Below are positions 17,204 through 25,944 of a DNA stretch of 64,000 nt, piece by piece. A program made the position numbers and the translations under genes. The stretch covers positions 56,474-120,473 of the forward strand of contig JAZRDO010000005.1 in NCBI GenBank assembly GCA_045660325.1. The letters are read 5' to 3'. Each line of letters opens with the position of its first letter. Position 1 is the first letter of the stretch. The DNA is from Eubacteriales bacterium (lineage in GTDB: Bacteria > Bacillota > Clostridia > Oscillospirales > CAG-272). The notes under the pieces are model-generated. The model saw only the letters and a program-made list of their open reading frames with translations, searched no databases and was not told the origin of the DNA.

Positions 17204-17250
17204 CATAAATTTGAAAATTCAAACGTTTCAAAATCAGAATACGCCCTTTC

Positions 17251-17279
17251 TTGACAAAATTCCGTAATTTGAGTATAAT
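17251..17279 (+). promoter_or_regulatory. Sigma-A type promoter for the TVP38/TMEM64 gene
   Basis: TTGACA (17251-17256), 17 nt, TATAAT (17274-17279). Confidence 0.6.
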
Positions 17280-17327
17280 GATAACAGAAAAATTTTCCAA
17301 AAATACAATTATACTTTTTGAGGCAAT

Positions 17328-18038
17328 ATGAAAAACAAAAATACATCCGATAAAAACAAGATAAAAAAGCCTCCGTCAAAGAAGCTTTCCTTGGCGCTTA
17401 TTTTGTCTGTCTTCTCGGTGCTTTTAGTGATTTGTACCGTCGTGGGCGTTTTACTTATCAATAGATATTTTTCCGACAAGGACGTAATTGCCGCATTTAT
17501 TAACAAGCATTATTTTCTCGGATGCTTTATTATGATCTCCGTAACGGCAATACAGGTAATTATCGCATTCGTCCCTGGCGAGCTCGTTGAAATTGCCGCA
17601 GGCTATGCCTTCGGCACGATTGGAGGACTCATTCTCGTTCTTATCGGGAACGTAATCGGTAGCGTAATTGCGATATTATTAACTAAAAAATTCGGGCTCA
17701 AGCTTTTCAGAAAATTCTATCCCGACGAGGATATCAACGCGCTTCCTATACTAAATAGACCGAAAAGGCGAAATATTCTTACATTTCTCCTCTTTTTAAT
17801 ACCTGGAACGCCCAAAGATATGCTCACATACGTTTTAGGTCTTACTGATATGAAGATATGGCAATATCTCTTGCTCACTACGTTTGCCAAGATACCCTCA
17901 ATAGTAAGCTCGACGGCAGGCGGGCACGCTTTTTCTGACAACAAAATTCTGCTTGCAATTTACATATTCGCAGGAATCGGAATTCTTAGCATAATCGGTC
18001 TTACTATCTACAACAGCATGAAAGAAAAGAAAAAATAA
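17328..18038 (+). CDS. TVP38/TMEM64 family (DedA-related) membrane protein
   Basis: 236 aa. VPGELVEIAAGYAFG and FLIPGTPKD signature blocks, 5-6 TM segments. Confidence 0.8.
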   Translation: MKNKNTSDKNKIKKPPSKKLSLALILSVFSVLLVICTVVGVLLINRYFSDKDVIAAFINKHYFLGCFIMISVTAIQVIIAFVPGELVEIAAGYAFGTIGGLILVLIGNVIGSVIAILLTKKFGLKLFRKFYPDEDINALPILNRPKRRNILTFLLFLIPGTPKDMLTYVLGLTDMKIWQYLLLTTFAKIPSIVSSTAGGHAFSDNKILLAIYIFAGIGILSIIGLTIYNSMKEKKK

Positions 18039-18073
18039 AAGGCGGCGCACTTGAATGCGACGCCTTTTATCTA

Positions 18074-18435
18074 TAGCTCGGTCTATAAGCCGGGTTCTGT
18101 CTTAAACGGTTATCAATCTTCGCTTTCCGTCACCGAAAAGCTTTATCGCATAAGCGATATGCCACCCCAAAATATCCCTTTCGGGAGGTCGGGCAAACAC
18201 TTCTGTCAGGGTGTTGCTTCAAGTAGGGTTTACAGCAAACTTATGTTACCATAAGAGTGGGTGAGCTCTTACCTCGCCTTTCCATCCTTACCTCAAAAGA
18301 GGCGGTTTATTTCTGTTGCACTTTCCCGGTAGTTACCTACGGCTGACGTTATCAGCTACTCTGCCCTATGAAGCCCGGACTTTCCTCGCGCGGAGACCTT
18401 TCGGCATGACCGCGCGCAACCGTTCGGCCAAGCTA
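18074..18435 (-). ncRNA. rnpB: RNase P RNA (bacterial type A-like)
   Basis: The reverse complement contains GAGGAAAGTCCGGGC (plus 18370-18390), GGGAAAGTGCAACAGAAA and ACAGAACCCGGCTTATAG (plus 18083-18100). P1 pairing is TAGCTTGG / CCGAGCTA. A consensus promoter lies just upstream. The only ORF here (18051-18254) has no RBS. Ends are approximate, within about 5 nt. Confidence 0.88.
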
Positions 18436-18446
18436 CAGTAATTGAT

Positions 18447-18475
18447 ATTATAACACCCAATATTTCTTTTGTCAA
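18447..18475 (-). promoter_or_regulatory. Sigma-A type promoter for rnpB
   Basis: Minus strand TTGACA (18470-18475), 17 nt, TATAAT (18447-18452). The predicted start falls at the 5' end of the P1 helix. Confidence 0.7.
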
Positions 18476-18561
18476 GTATAATTTGACACCCACATTTGTT
18501 AACGGTGTGTTAATTCTATAATTCTTAAATAATAATTAATATTACGTTGCGGTAAATTCAA

Positions 18562-18590
18562 TTGACATTTCAGCATAAATGTGTTATTAT
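18562..18590 (+). promoter_or_regulatory. Sigma-A type promoter for rimO-pgsA
   Basis: TTGACA (18562-18567), 17 nt, TATTAT (18585-18590) with an upstream TGT. Confidence 0.55.
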
Positions 18591-18648
18591 TATTAGTGGC
18601 AATAATGCAACTCTATAAACTCACGTATATAAGTAGGTATAAATATTT

Positions 18649-20004
18649 ATGAAAATAGGTTTTATTTCTCTCGGTTGTCCCAAGAATCAGCTCGACACAG
18701 AGGTAATGCTCCACGAGGCGATTTCCGCAGGTCACGAGATCACTCCCGACGAAACACAGGCGGATATCGTTATCATAAACACCTGTGCATTCATTGAATC
18801 GGCTAAAAAAGAAGCAATTGACAATATTCTCGATATAGCTTGGTTAAAGAAAAACGCGAATCTTCGCGGTATCATAGTAACGGGCTGTATGGCAGAAAGA
18901 TACGGCAAGGAAATCCTTGAGGAATTCCCCGAGGTTGACGCCGTTCTCGGTGTTGGTAGCATTCACAATATCTGTGAAGCAATTGATGCAGTTGAAAAGC
19001 AAATAAACACAAAGAAATTCAATCCCGCTAACAGATACTATTCCTGTGAGGACAAAAACACAGTTCGTCTTGGCGGAGATAGAATTCTTACAACTCCCGA
19101 ATACGCGGCTTATCTCAAAATTTCCGAGGGCTGCGACAACCGTTGTACATACTGTGCTATTCCCAATATCCGCGGCAAGTTCCGTTCCCGTCCTATGGAG
19201 GACCTTATTGAAGAGGCAAAGGAGCTTGATTCCCTCGGTATCAAGGAGCTTACAATTATTGCACAGGATACAACAAGATACGGTATTGACCTCTACGGCA
19301 AGTATATGCTCGACGAGCTTATCAGACGTATCTGCGATGCTACGTCAATTCCGTGGATAAGACTTCTCTATTGCTACCCCGACAAGATCACTGACGAGCT
19401 CGTAGCTGAGATTCGTGACAATCCCCGCGTAGTAAAATACATTGATATTCCTCTCCAGCACATAAGCGATCCTATTTTAAGAAAGATGAACCGCCGCGGT
19501 AGAAGCGAGCTCATAAAGAGCGTTATCAAGAAGCTCCGCGACAACATTCCCGAAATCGCCATCAGAACAACGTTTATCGTTGGCTTCCCCGGTGAAACCG
19601 AGGATGACTTTATAGCTCTTGCCGAATTTATGAAGGAAGCAAGATTTGAGCATGCGGGCGTATTTACGTACTCCCGTGAGGAAGGAACTCCCGCATACGA
19701 TTTTGACAATCAGGTTGACGAGCAGGTAAAGCAGGACAGAATGGATATCCTCATGAAGAGCCAGCTTGAAATCAATTCTCAGATTAATGAGTCTATGGTT
19801 GGTAAGACACTCCGTGTGCTTTGCGAGGACTATGATCCCGTAAGTGAAACTCACTTTGGTAGAAGCCAGTTTGACGCGCCTGAAATTGACGGTAAGATCT
19901 TCTTTAAATCCGACGTGAGAATCGCCCCCGGATCATTCGTTGACGTAAAGATAAGACGAATAGTTGAATACGATCTCTTCGGATTTGCTATAACAGAAAA
20001 ATAA
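18649..20004 (+). CDS. rimO: Ribosomal protein S12 methylthiotransferase RimO
   Basis: 451 aa. N-terminal KIGFISLGCPKNQLDTE, radical SAM CDNRCTYCAIP and a C-terminal TRAM-like domain. Confidence 0.9.
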   Translation: MKIGFISLGCPKNQLDTEVMLHEAISAGHEITPDETQADIVIINTCAFIESAKKEAIDNILDIAWLKKNANLRGIIVTGCMAERYGKEILEEFPEVDAVLGVGSIHNICEAIDAVEKQINTKKFNPANRYYSCEDKNTVRLGGDRILTTPEYAAYLKISEGCDNRCTYCAIPNIRGKFRSRPMEDLIEEAKELDSLGIKELTIIAQDTTRYGIDLYGKYMLDELIRRICDATSIPWIRLLYCYPDKITDELVAEIRDNPRVVKYIDIPLQHISDPILRKMNRRGRSELIKSVIKKLRDNIPEIAIRTTFIVGFPGETEDDFIALAEFMKEARFEHAGVFTYSREEGTPAYDFDNQVDEQVKQDRMDILMKSQLEINSQINESMVGKTLRVLCEDYDPVSETHFGRSQFDAPEIDGKIFFKSDVRIAPGSFVDVKIRRIVEYDLFGFAITEK

Positions 20005-20022
20005 TGAAAGGATGATACGTAT

Positions 20023-20670
20023 ATGAATTTACCGAACAAGCTTACAGTTGTACGACTCATAATGGTGCCGATCTTTATGGCAGTTATGCTCATACCGATA
20101 TTTATTCCCTTTCAGAATGCAGCCGTAGATATGTATCTCAATCTTGCAGGTGTGATCATTTTTATCGTAGCGGCTGTTACCGATTTCCTTGACGGCAAGA
20201 TCGCAAGAAAAAATAATCTTGTTACCGACTTTGGAAAGTTCCTTGATCCCTTGGCGGACAAGTTTATGGTTATAGGCGCGATGCTCTGCATCTTCCTTGC
20301 AAACTGTATGGAAGAGGTCGGCAGCACTCCCCTTACGATTCTTTTCTTCGCGGCTCTCGTTGTTGTAATTTTCAGAGAGCTTGCGGTTACTTCGATCCGT
20401 CTTGTTGCATCCTCCTCTAAGGGTGTTGTAATTGCGGCAAACTTCCTTGGAAAGTTCAAAACAGTAACCCAGATCGTTGCGGTTTGCGCGGCAATCATTG
20501 AGCCTATACTTTGGAGATTCCTCATTACAATTTTCAGTATGGACGCAAAGTTCTTACTTGATTTCCCGCCCATTACGTTTATCGCGACAATTCTTTCGAT
20601 TTATCTTACAATCCACTCCGGACTCAACTACATTGTCGGCTCTTGGAAGTACCTTGATCCCGAAAAATAA
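20023..20670 (+). CDS. pgsA: CDP-diacylglycerol--glycerol-3-phosphate 3-phosphatidyltransferase
   Basis: DFLDGKIARKNNLVTDFGKFLDPLADK matches the CDP-alcohol phosphatidyltransferase motif. Multi-TM protein. Confidence 0.9.
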   Translation: MNLPNKLTVVRLIMVPIFMAVMLIPIFIPFQNAAVDMYLNLAGVIIFIVAAVTDFLDGKIARKNNLVTDFGKFLDPLADKFMVIGAMLCIFLANCMEEVGSTPLTILFFAALVVVIFRELAVTSIRLVASSSKGVVIAANFLGKFKTVTQIVAVCAAIIEPILWRFLITIFSMDAKFLLDFPPITFIATILSIYLTIHSGLNYIVGSWKYLDPEK

Positions 20671-20725
20671 TAAAAATTATGCCTTGCCCTATGCGTGTTA
20701 TCCTTAACAGATAACACGCACAGCT

Positions 20726-20887
20726 AAGTTTGCCCATTCGGGCAAGTGAAGTTTACTTCGTAAGTGAAGTTATCCTGCGGATAGTGAAGTTTTGCCTTTG
20801 GCAAAGTAGGCAAACTTAACTTCACTTGTGCATAGCACAAACATCACTGCATAGCAACTTCGCTTTTGCGTTAGCAAAAACTTCACT
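20726..20887 (+). repeat. Array of mini-hairpins separated by AGTGAAGTT linkers (3 direct copies) and AACTTCACT (2 exact and 2 degenerate inverted copies); candidate structured RNA in the pgsA 3' region
   Basis: AGTGAAGTT at 20745-53, 20763-71 and 20783-91. AACTTCACT at 20818-26 and 20879-87. Hairpins TGCCC-ATTC-GGGCA, TAC-TTC-GTA, ATCC-TGC-GGAT, TTGCC-TTT-GGCAA and TGTGC-ATA-GCACA lie between the linkers. Confidence 0.7.
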
Positions 20888-20892
20888 AATAT

Positions 20893-20945
20893 AAAAGAGA
20901 GGACGTTTCGGATACAACCCGATTTGTCCCCTCTTTCTTTTTGTT
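20893..20945 (+). terminator. Probable terminator of the rimO-pgsA transcript
   Basis: AAAGAGAGGAC ... GTCCCCTCTTTC imperfect long stem followed by TTTTTGTT. Confidence 0.6.
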
Positions 20946-20986
20946 ATAAAGATTTGGGCTTTATCTTTATTTTTGTTCATTTTATC

Positions 20987-21015
20987 TTGACAAATTCTAA
21001 ACAATCCTTTATAAT
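20987..21015 (+). promoter_or_regulatory. Sigma-A type promoter for the M3 peptidase gene
   Basis: TTGACA (20987-20992), 17 nt, TATAAT (21010-21015). Confidence 0.65.
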
Positions 21016-21055
21016 AAATGTATTCTACAAATATTCTACATAAAGGAGAATTATT

Positions 21056-22732
21056 ATGAAGGTATCAGAAATCCCATATGTAAGATACACACTTGAAGAC
21101 CTCCAGACAGCGTACGCAAAGATAAAGGCTATGCTTGCGTCTGCAAAGTGTGCTGACGACGTGCTTGAAGCACATAAGATCATGAACGAGGTTGAGATCG
21201 AATACGGCACCGCCGCTTCCCTCGCTCACTGCCGCTTCACACTCAACACAAAGGACGAATTTTATCAGGGCGAAGTTGCGTATTATGACGAGATCGGCCC
21301 TCTCGCTCAGCAGATGATGAACGAGTATGCTATCACACTTCTCGACTCACCGTTCCGCGCTGAGCTTGAAACAAAGCTCAATCCCCGTATGTTCAAGCAG
21401 TTCGAGATCTCAAGAAAAGCATTTGATCCTGCAATCATTCCTGAGCTTCAGGAAGAAAATAATATTACAACTGAATACTCCAAGTTCATGTCCGAGATGG
21501 TGTTTGAATACAACGGCGAGAAGATGCCCCTCTCCCGTCTCCGCGGTGGACTTGAGGACGATGATCGCGAGGTAAGACGCGCTACCGCCGAGGCGATCGG
21601 TAAGGGGCTTGAAGCAAACGCTGATCAGCTCGATGAAATTTATGACAGACTCGTAAAGATCAGAGACAAGATGGCAAAGAAGCTCGGTTACGAAAACTTC
21701 GTTGAACTCGGCTATTACAGAATGGGCAGGCTCGACTACAATGCCGAAATGGTAAAGAAGTTCCGTGATAACGTAAAGGCAGCTCTCGTTCCCTGCGTAA
21801 GCAAGGTAAAGAGTGATCTCGCCGCAGAGCTTGGTATCGACAACTTTATGTACTACGACGATGCTATCTACGTAAAGGGCACCTCTCCCCGTCCCATTCT
21901 CGATAAGGACGGCATATTTGCCGCGGCAATTGAAATGTACGACAGTATGAATCCTGAGGTTGGTGCATTTATGCGCTCCATGCAGGAAAATGAAGCGTTC
22001 GACGTTGAATCCCGCGACGGTAAGTGGGGCGGCGGCTACTGCACGTCCTTCCCGAAGTACAAGCAGCCCTTCATTCTTGCTAACTTCAACGGCTCCGCAG
22101 GCGACATTGACGTTATGACGCACGAGTTCGGTCATGCTCTTGCAGGCTACTACGTATTCAACGGCGGCGATATGAACGTAAACTACGGTATGGAAACTGC
22201 AGAATGCCACTCTATGAGTATGGAGTTCTTCTCCTGGAAATATATGGATAAGTTCTTCGGCGAGCTTACACAGGAATACAAAAAGACCCACCTTCTCTCC
22301 AGCCTTTCCTTCATTCCCTACGGCGTTATCGTTGACGAATATCAGCACAACGTATACGAGAATCCCGATATGACACCCGCAGAGAGAAAGGCTATGTACC
22401 TCACACTTGAGGAAAAATACCGTCCTTACTTAAGCTTTGAGGGTATTCCTTATCTTGAACAGGGTACAAGATGGCAGTATCAGATGCATATCTACGAATC
22501 TCCCTTCTACTACATTGACTACTGCTTGGCGCAGACAGTTGCGATAAACTTCCTCTTGGCTTCCCTTGAGGATTACGACGGAGCATTCAATAGATATCTT
22601 AACTTCACAAGAGCAGGCGGCGAAAAGGCGTTTGGTCAGCTTGTTGAAGAAGCGTCTATTCCCTCTCCCTTCACAGAGGGCGCGCTTGATACGATGGCAG
22701 AAAAGGTTATCAAGGTTGTAGAAACACTCTGA
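21056..22732 (+). CDS. M3 family oligoendopeptidase (PepF-like)
   Basis: 558 aa. Zinc motif MTHEFGHALAG. RBS AAAGGAG. Length and layout fit the M3B family. Confidence 0.85.
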   Translation: MKVSEIPYVRYTLEDLQTAYAKIKAMLASAKCADDVLEAHKIMNEVEIEYGTAASLAHCRFTLNTKDEFYQGEVAYYDEIGPLAQQMMNEYAITLLDSPFRAELETKLNPRMFKQFEISRKAFDPAIIPELQEENNITTEYSKFMSEMVFEYNGEKMPLSRLRGGLEDDDREVRRATAEAIGKGLEANADQLDEIYDRLVKIRDKMAKKLGYENFVELGYYRMGRLDYNAEMVKKFRDNVKAALVPCVSKVKSDLAAELGIDNFMYYDDAIYVKGTSPRPILDKDGIFAAAIEMYDSMNPEVGAFMRSMQENEAFDVESRDGKWGGGYCTSFPKYKQPFILANFNGSAGDIDVMTHEFGHALAGYYVFNGGDMNVNYGMETAECHSMSMEFFSWKYMDKFFGELTQEYKKTHLLSSLSFIPYGVIVDEYQHNVYENPDMTPAERKAMYLTLEEKYRPYLSFEGIPYLEQGTRWQYQMHIYESPFYYIDYCLAQTVAINFLLASLEDYDGAFNRYLNFTRAGGEKAFGQLVEEASIPSPFTEGALDTMAEKVIKVVETL

Positions 22733-22743
22733 TTTTAAACTAA

Positions 22744-22776
22744 AGGTGCAAAACAAATTGTTTTGCACCTTTTTTG
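22744..22776 (+). terminator. Rho-independent terminator after the M3 peptidase gene
   Basis: AGGTGCAAAAC / GTTTTGCACCT stem followed by TTTTT. Confidence 0.85.
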
Positions 22777-22785
22777 TCAAATCTT

Positions 22786-22814
22786 TTGACAAACCGAAAA
22801 ATGTATGTTATAAT
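22786..22814 (+). promoter_or_regulatory. Sigma-A type promoter for rmuC
   Basis: TTGACA (22786-22791), 17 nt, TATAAT (22809-22814). Confidence 0.65.
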
Positions 22815-22843
22815 TAATTATACTATTCACGCGAGGTAATACT

Positions 22844-24283
22844 ATGGATATTCCGATTATAATTCTTTCATCAATTTCCCTCATTGTTTCCGCAAGCTCC
22901 CTTATTGCGGTTCTCACACTTCTTAAGAGAGGTAATAACAACGGCGCTCAAAATAACGAAGCTCAATTGAACAATCTTAAGACCGATATGTTCAACGAAT
23001 TTTCTCGAAACAGAACCGAGGATGCGGCAAGAGCAAAGGCACAGCGCGACGAGCTTTCTCAAAAGCTGTCCGAAATGCAGGAAAAGTTAAATAATATTAC
23101 CGAACGAAATAATCAGAATATGCAAAATATTTCGTTTGAGATCAACCGCCAGCTTTTAAAAATAAACGAGGAATTGGCTAAAAATAAGCAGGAAAATACC
23201 GAGAGTATTGCAAAGCTTATTACCGAAATTACCCGTCAGCTTTCCGAGATCAGCGAAAAGAATACTCAAAACTCACTTGCTCAAAGTCAGAAAATAGACG
23301 AATCCCTTGAAAAGATCCGTGTTTCCAACGAGCAAAAGCTTGACGAAATGAGAAACGTTGTAGATGAAAAGCTTACGAACACTCTTACTCAGCGACTTGA
23401 TTCTTCCTTCAAGACGGTTTCCGAGCAGCTTACAAATCTCTATACCGCGCTTGGTGAGATGAAAGAAATGTCGGGCGGAATCACTGAGCACGTTTCTACT
23501 CTTAACAAGGTGCTCACCAACGTTAAGGCAAGAGGTACTTGGGCTGAAATCCAGCTTAAGGGAATTCTTGACCAGACTATTCCCGTTGGTATGTATGTCG
23601 AAAACTATGCACCCAGTGCAAGATCAAAGGATAGAGTTGAATTCGCAATCAAGATCCCCTCGGGAGAAAACAACAGCGAAATTACATACCTTCCCATTGA
23701 CTCCAAGTTCCCCATGGAGGACTACGTTCGTCTTTGCGACGCTACCGAAAAGGCGGACAAGGAGCTTGTTGATAAAGCGCGCGCCGACCTTGAGGCAAGA
23801 GTTCTTTCGGAAGCAAAGGATATTTCCAAGTACATTAATCCCCCGAAGACAACACCGTTTGCAATTATGTATCTTGCTACCGAGGGACTTTACGCTGAGA
23901 TTGTCTCCTCGCCTAACGGTATTGTTGAGAAGCTTCAGACAAAGTATAACATTATGATCGCAGGTCCTACAACCATCACGGCTCTTCTCAATTCCCTTTC
24001 AATGGGCTTTAAGATTGCCGCAATCAATGAAAAATCCAACGAGATCAAGGACGTTCTCGCAGCAGTTAAGGCTCAGTACGAAAAATTTGGCGGAGTTTTG
24101 GCGCGCGCAAAGAAAAAGATCGACGAAGCCGGCAGTACTATCGGAGAGGCTCAACACAGAAGTAATATCATTCAGAAAAAGCTTAAATCCATTGATGCAA
24201 TTGAGCTCAACGAATCAGACGGATACCTTGACATCACAACCGAAAATATGCTTCTTGAGGAATCGTATTCCGACGATGACTAA
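22844..24283 (+). CDS. rmuC: DNA recombination protein RmuC
   Basis: 479 aa. N-terminal TM segment, long coiled-coil region and a C-terminal RmuC-type domain (...FAIMYLATEGLYAE...MIAGPTTITALL...). Confidence 0.85.
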   Translation: MDIPIIILSSISLIVSASSLIAVLTLLKRGNNNGAQNNEAQLNNLKTDMFNEFSRNRTEDAARAKAQRDELSQKLSEMQEKLNNITERNNQNMQNISFEINRQLLKINEELAKNKQENTESIAKLITEITRQLSEISEKNTQNSLAQSQKIDESLEKIRVSNEQKLDEMRNVVDEKLTNTLTQRLDSSFKTVSEQLTNLYTALGEMKEMSGGITEHVSTLNKVLTNVKARGTWAEIQLKGILDQTIPVGMYVENYAPSARSKDRVEFAIKIPSGENNSEITYLPIDSKFPMEDYVRLCDATEKADKELVDKARADLEARVLSEAKDISKYINPPKTTPFAIMYLATEGLYAEIVSSPNGIVEKLQTKYNIMIAGPTTITALLNSLSMGFKIAAINEKSNEIKDVLAAVKAQYEKFGGVLARAKKKIDEAGSTIGEAQHRSNIIQKKLKSIDAIELNESDGYLDITTENMLLEESYSDDD

Positions 24284-24285
24284 AC

Positions 24286-24313
24286 AAAAAGGGTGCAAAT
24301 GCACCCTTTTTTA
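24286..24313. terminator. Bidirectional terminator (rmuC / DUF815 ATPase)
   Basis: GGGTGC-AAAT-GCACCC flanked by AAAAA and TTTTTT. Confidence 0.8.
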
Positions 24314-25486
24314 TTTCCTTGTTCCGAGCATATCAATATATTGCTTTGCAGTTCGCGGATTTCTTCCGCCGCCGCGAAGCGCAAACGCCTCGCCGCCCGT
24401 TATAAGCTCATCATAAGGCATATCAATGCCAACCTTTGCCGCAAGCTCGCTGACGATCCTTGCATACAGCGCGCGATCGCATTTAAGATACGTAATCGTA
24501 ATACCGAAGCGCGCAGACAACGATGTCGCTTCCTCAAGTGCGTCAGCAACGTTTACGGAGTCCTGTCTCGCCGACGCGGATTCCTTTATCATATGTCTAT
24601 GGTTTGAGGTCGCATAAATAAGGATATTATGACCTCTGCCGCAAACGCCGCCCTCAAGAGTAGCCTTAAGCGCTGAAAAATTGTTATCATCACTTGAAAA
24701 CGTCAGATCATCAATAAAGAAAATGAATTTAAGGGGATTAGTCGCCAGCTCCTCAATAACCTGAGGAATAAATTCAAGCTGATTCTTTTTGAATTCAATA
24801 AGACGAAGACCCTTATCATAAAGACTGTTTACAAGAGCCTTGACAGTTGAGCTTTTGCCCGTTCCCGCATCTCCGTAAAGAAGCACATTATTGGCATTTC
24901 TGTTATTTAACAGAGCCATTGTGTTATCGAGAACTATTCCTCTTTCTCTTTCGTAACCTATAAGATCGTCAAGAGATATTTTGTCGGGATTCTTTATAGG
25001 TACGATTTTGCCCTCATCATTAATAATAAACATTTTGTGCTTCGCGTAAATACCGAAGCCCTTGGTGTTTATCTTATTCATTCTATCGGCATAAAGCTTC
25101 TTGAAATCATATTTGAAAACGTTCCAATGAGGTAAATTGATGCTCTTAACATTCTCACGTATAAGCGCGCCGTCAAACAAAGAAAGCTCCGTAATTATAT
25201 CAAGCTCTCTTTCAAGCATATCCTCGAAAAGCTTGTTTTCGCCCTCTCCGGAAAGCTTATATTTAATATACATATTCTCATCGTCGAGCACCGCATCAAG
25301 AATATAGTCCGAAAAAGACGTAGTGTGAGAAAAAAGTCGGTAAACAAAATCCGAATATTTTAAAATGATCTCACTCTCGCTCATTTCTTCATAATCAAGC
25401 AATTTTTGAATAGAAGAGATGACATCATCCTTCAGTAAATTTCTGAAAATCACAAGACTCTGAAGCTTATTTTTAAGTGTATTCAT
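24311..25486 (-). CDS. AAA-type ATP-binding protein (DUF815-like)
   Basis: Start moved to MNTLKNKL (ATG 25484-25486, RBS GAGGTG). Walker A LLYGDAGTGKSS, Walker B FIFFIDDL. Confidence 0.7.
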   Translation of the reverse strand: MNTLKNKLQSLVIFRNLLKDDVISSIQKLLDYEEMSESEIILKYSDFVYRLFSHTTSFSDYILDAVLDDENMYIKYKLSGEGENKLFEDMLERELDIITELSLFDGALIRENVKSINLPHWNVFKYDFKKLYADRMNKINTKGFGIYAKHKMFIINDEGKIVPIKNPDKISLDDLIGYERERGIVLDNTMALLNNRNANNVLLYGDAGTGKSSTVKALVNSLYDKGLRLIEFKKNQLEFIPQVIEELATNPLKFIFFIDDLTFSSDDNNFSALKATLEGGVCGRGHNILIYATSNHRHMIKESASARQDSVNVADALEEATSLSARFGITITYLKCDRALYARIVSELAAKVGIDMPYDELITGGEAFALRGGGRNPRTAKQYIDMLGTRK

Positions 25487-25633
25487 AAGCTTACACCTCG
25501 CATATTTGTCATTATATTGCAATTATATACTTTTTGCGAGAAAATTTCAAGTGCTATTTTAAATTTTATAAACGATTGTTATGAACAAAGTATAATTAAT
25601 TGTTATTTTTAACACAAATTTATGATTTTCTTA

Positions 25634-25662
25634 TTGACAAATAAACGATATGGGTGTATAAT
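25634..25662 (+). promoter_or_regulatory. Sigma-A type promoter for the leu T-box leader
   Basis: TTGACA (25634-25639), 17 nt, TATAAT (25657-25662). Confidence 0.7.
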
Positions 25663-25668
25663 ATTTAC

Positions 25669-25910
25669 ATATTTTATTCGGCTATGACGGGGCAAAAGAT
25701 TACGTAAAGACACACAGAGAATTGACGGACGGTGCGAGTCAACTGTTTTTGGTAATTATAACTCTCCCCTGAGCTTCGGAGTGAACGGAAACAATTAGCT
25801 TCGACGGGATTCTCCCGTTACAGAGACCCCGAGTGGATTTGATCAATGGGAGTGGTACCGCGGAAGCACGCTTTCGTCTCCATATATGGAGATGAGGGCT
25901 TTTTTTATTT
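25669..25910 (+). promoter_or_regulatory. T-box riboswitch leader (probably Leu-specific) with intrinsic terminator
   Basis: AG bulge AGAGA plus distal-loop GGTGCGA in stem I. Stem III is ACGGGA-TTC-TCCCGT. T-box sequence AATGGGAGTGGTACCGCGG at 25845-25863. Terminator stem GCTTTCGTCTCC/GGAGATGAGGGC plus TTTTTTT at 25870-25907. The candidate specifier CTC (25762-25764) is tentative because the usual purine after the codon is not seen. Confidence 0.85.
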
Positions 25911-25944
25911 CCTGATCATCCAATTTCAATTTGTGAGGTGCAAT

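Noticed and set aside
17214-17226. 13-nt match AAAATTCAAACGT shared with 14588-14600
   Set aside because: My rough estimate is that tens of 13-mer matches are expected by chance in a 64-kb window on both strands, and more in AT-rich intergenic DNA. There is no extended similarity around the match.
18051-18254. 67-aa ORF downstream of the TVP38 gene
   Set aside because: It lies within rnpB on the opposite strand. It has no RBS, and the region is explained by the conserved blocks of RNase P RNA.
20822-21004. 60-aa minus-strand ORF in the pgsA / M3 peptidase intergenic region
   Set aside because: It has a TTG start and no RBS. It overlaps the repeat array, the terminator and the peptidase promoter, so it is most likely a chance ORF.
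21410-22348. 312-aa minus-strand ORF inside the M3 peptidase gene
   Set aside because: It is a codon-aligned shadow of the peptidase frame (both coordinates congruent to 2 mod 3). It has no RBS and no recognisable motifs.
25846-25944. Upstream extension of the leuA ORF
   Set aside because: The extension runs through the T-box antiterminator/terminator and its T-run. The ATG at 25945 has a GAGGTG RBS.
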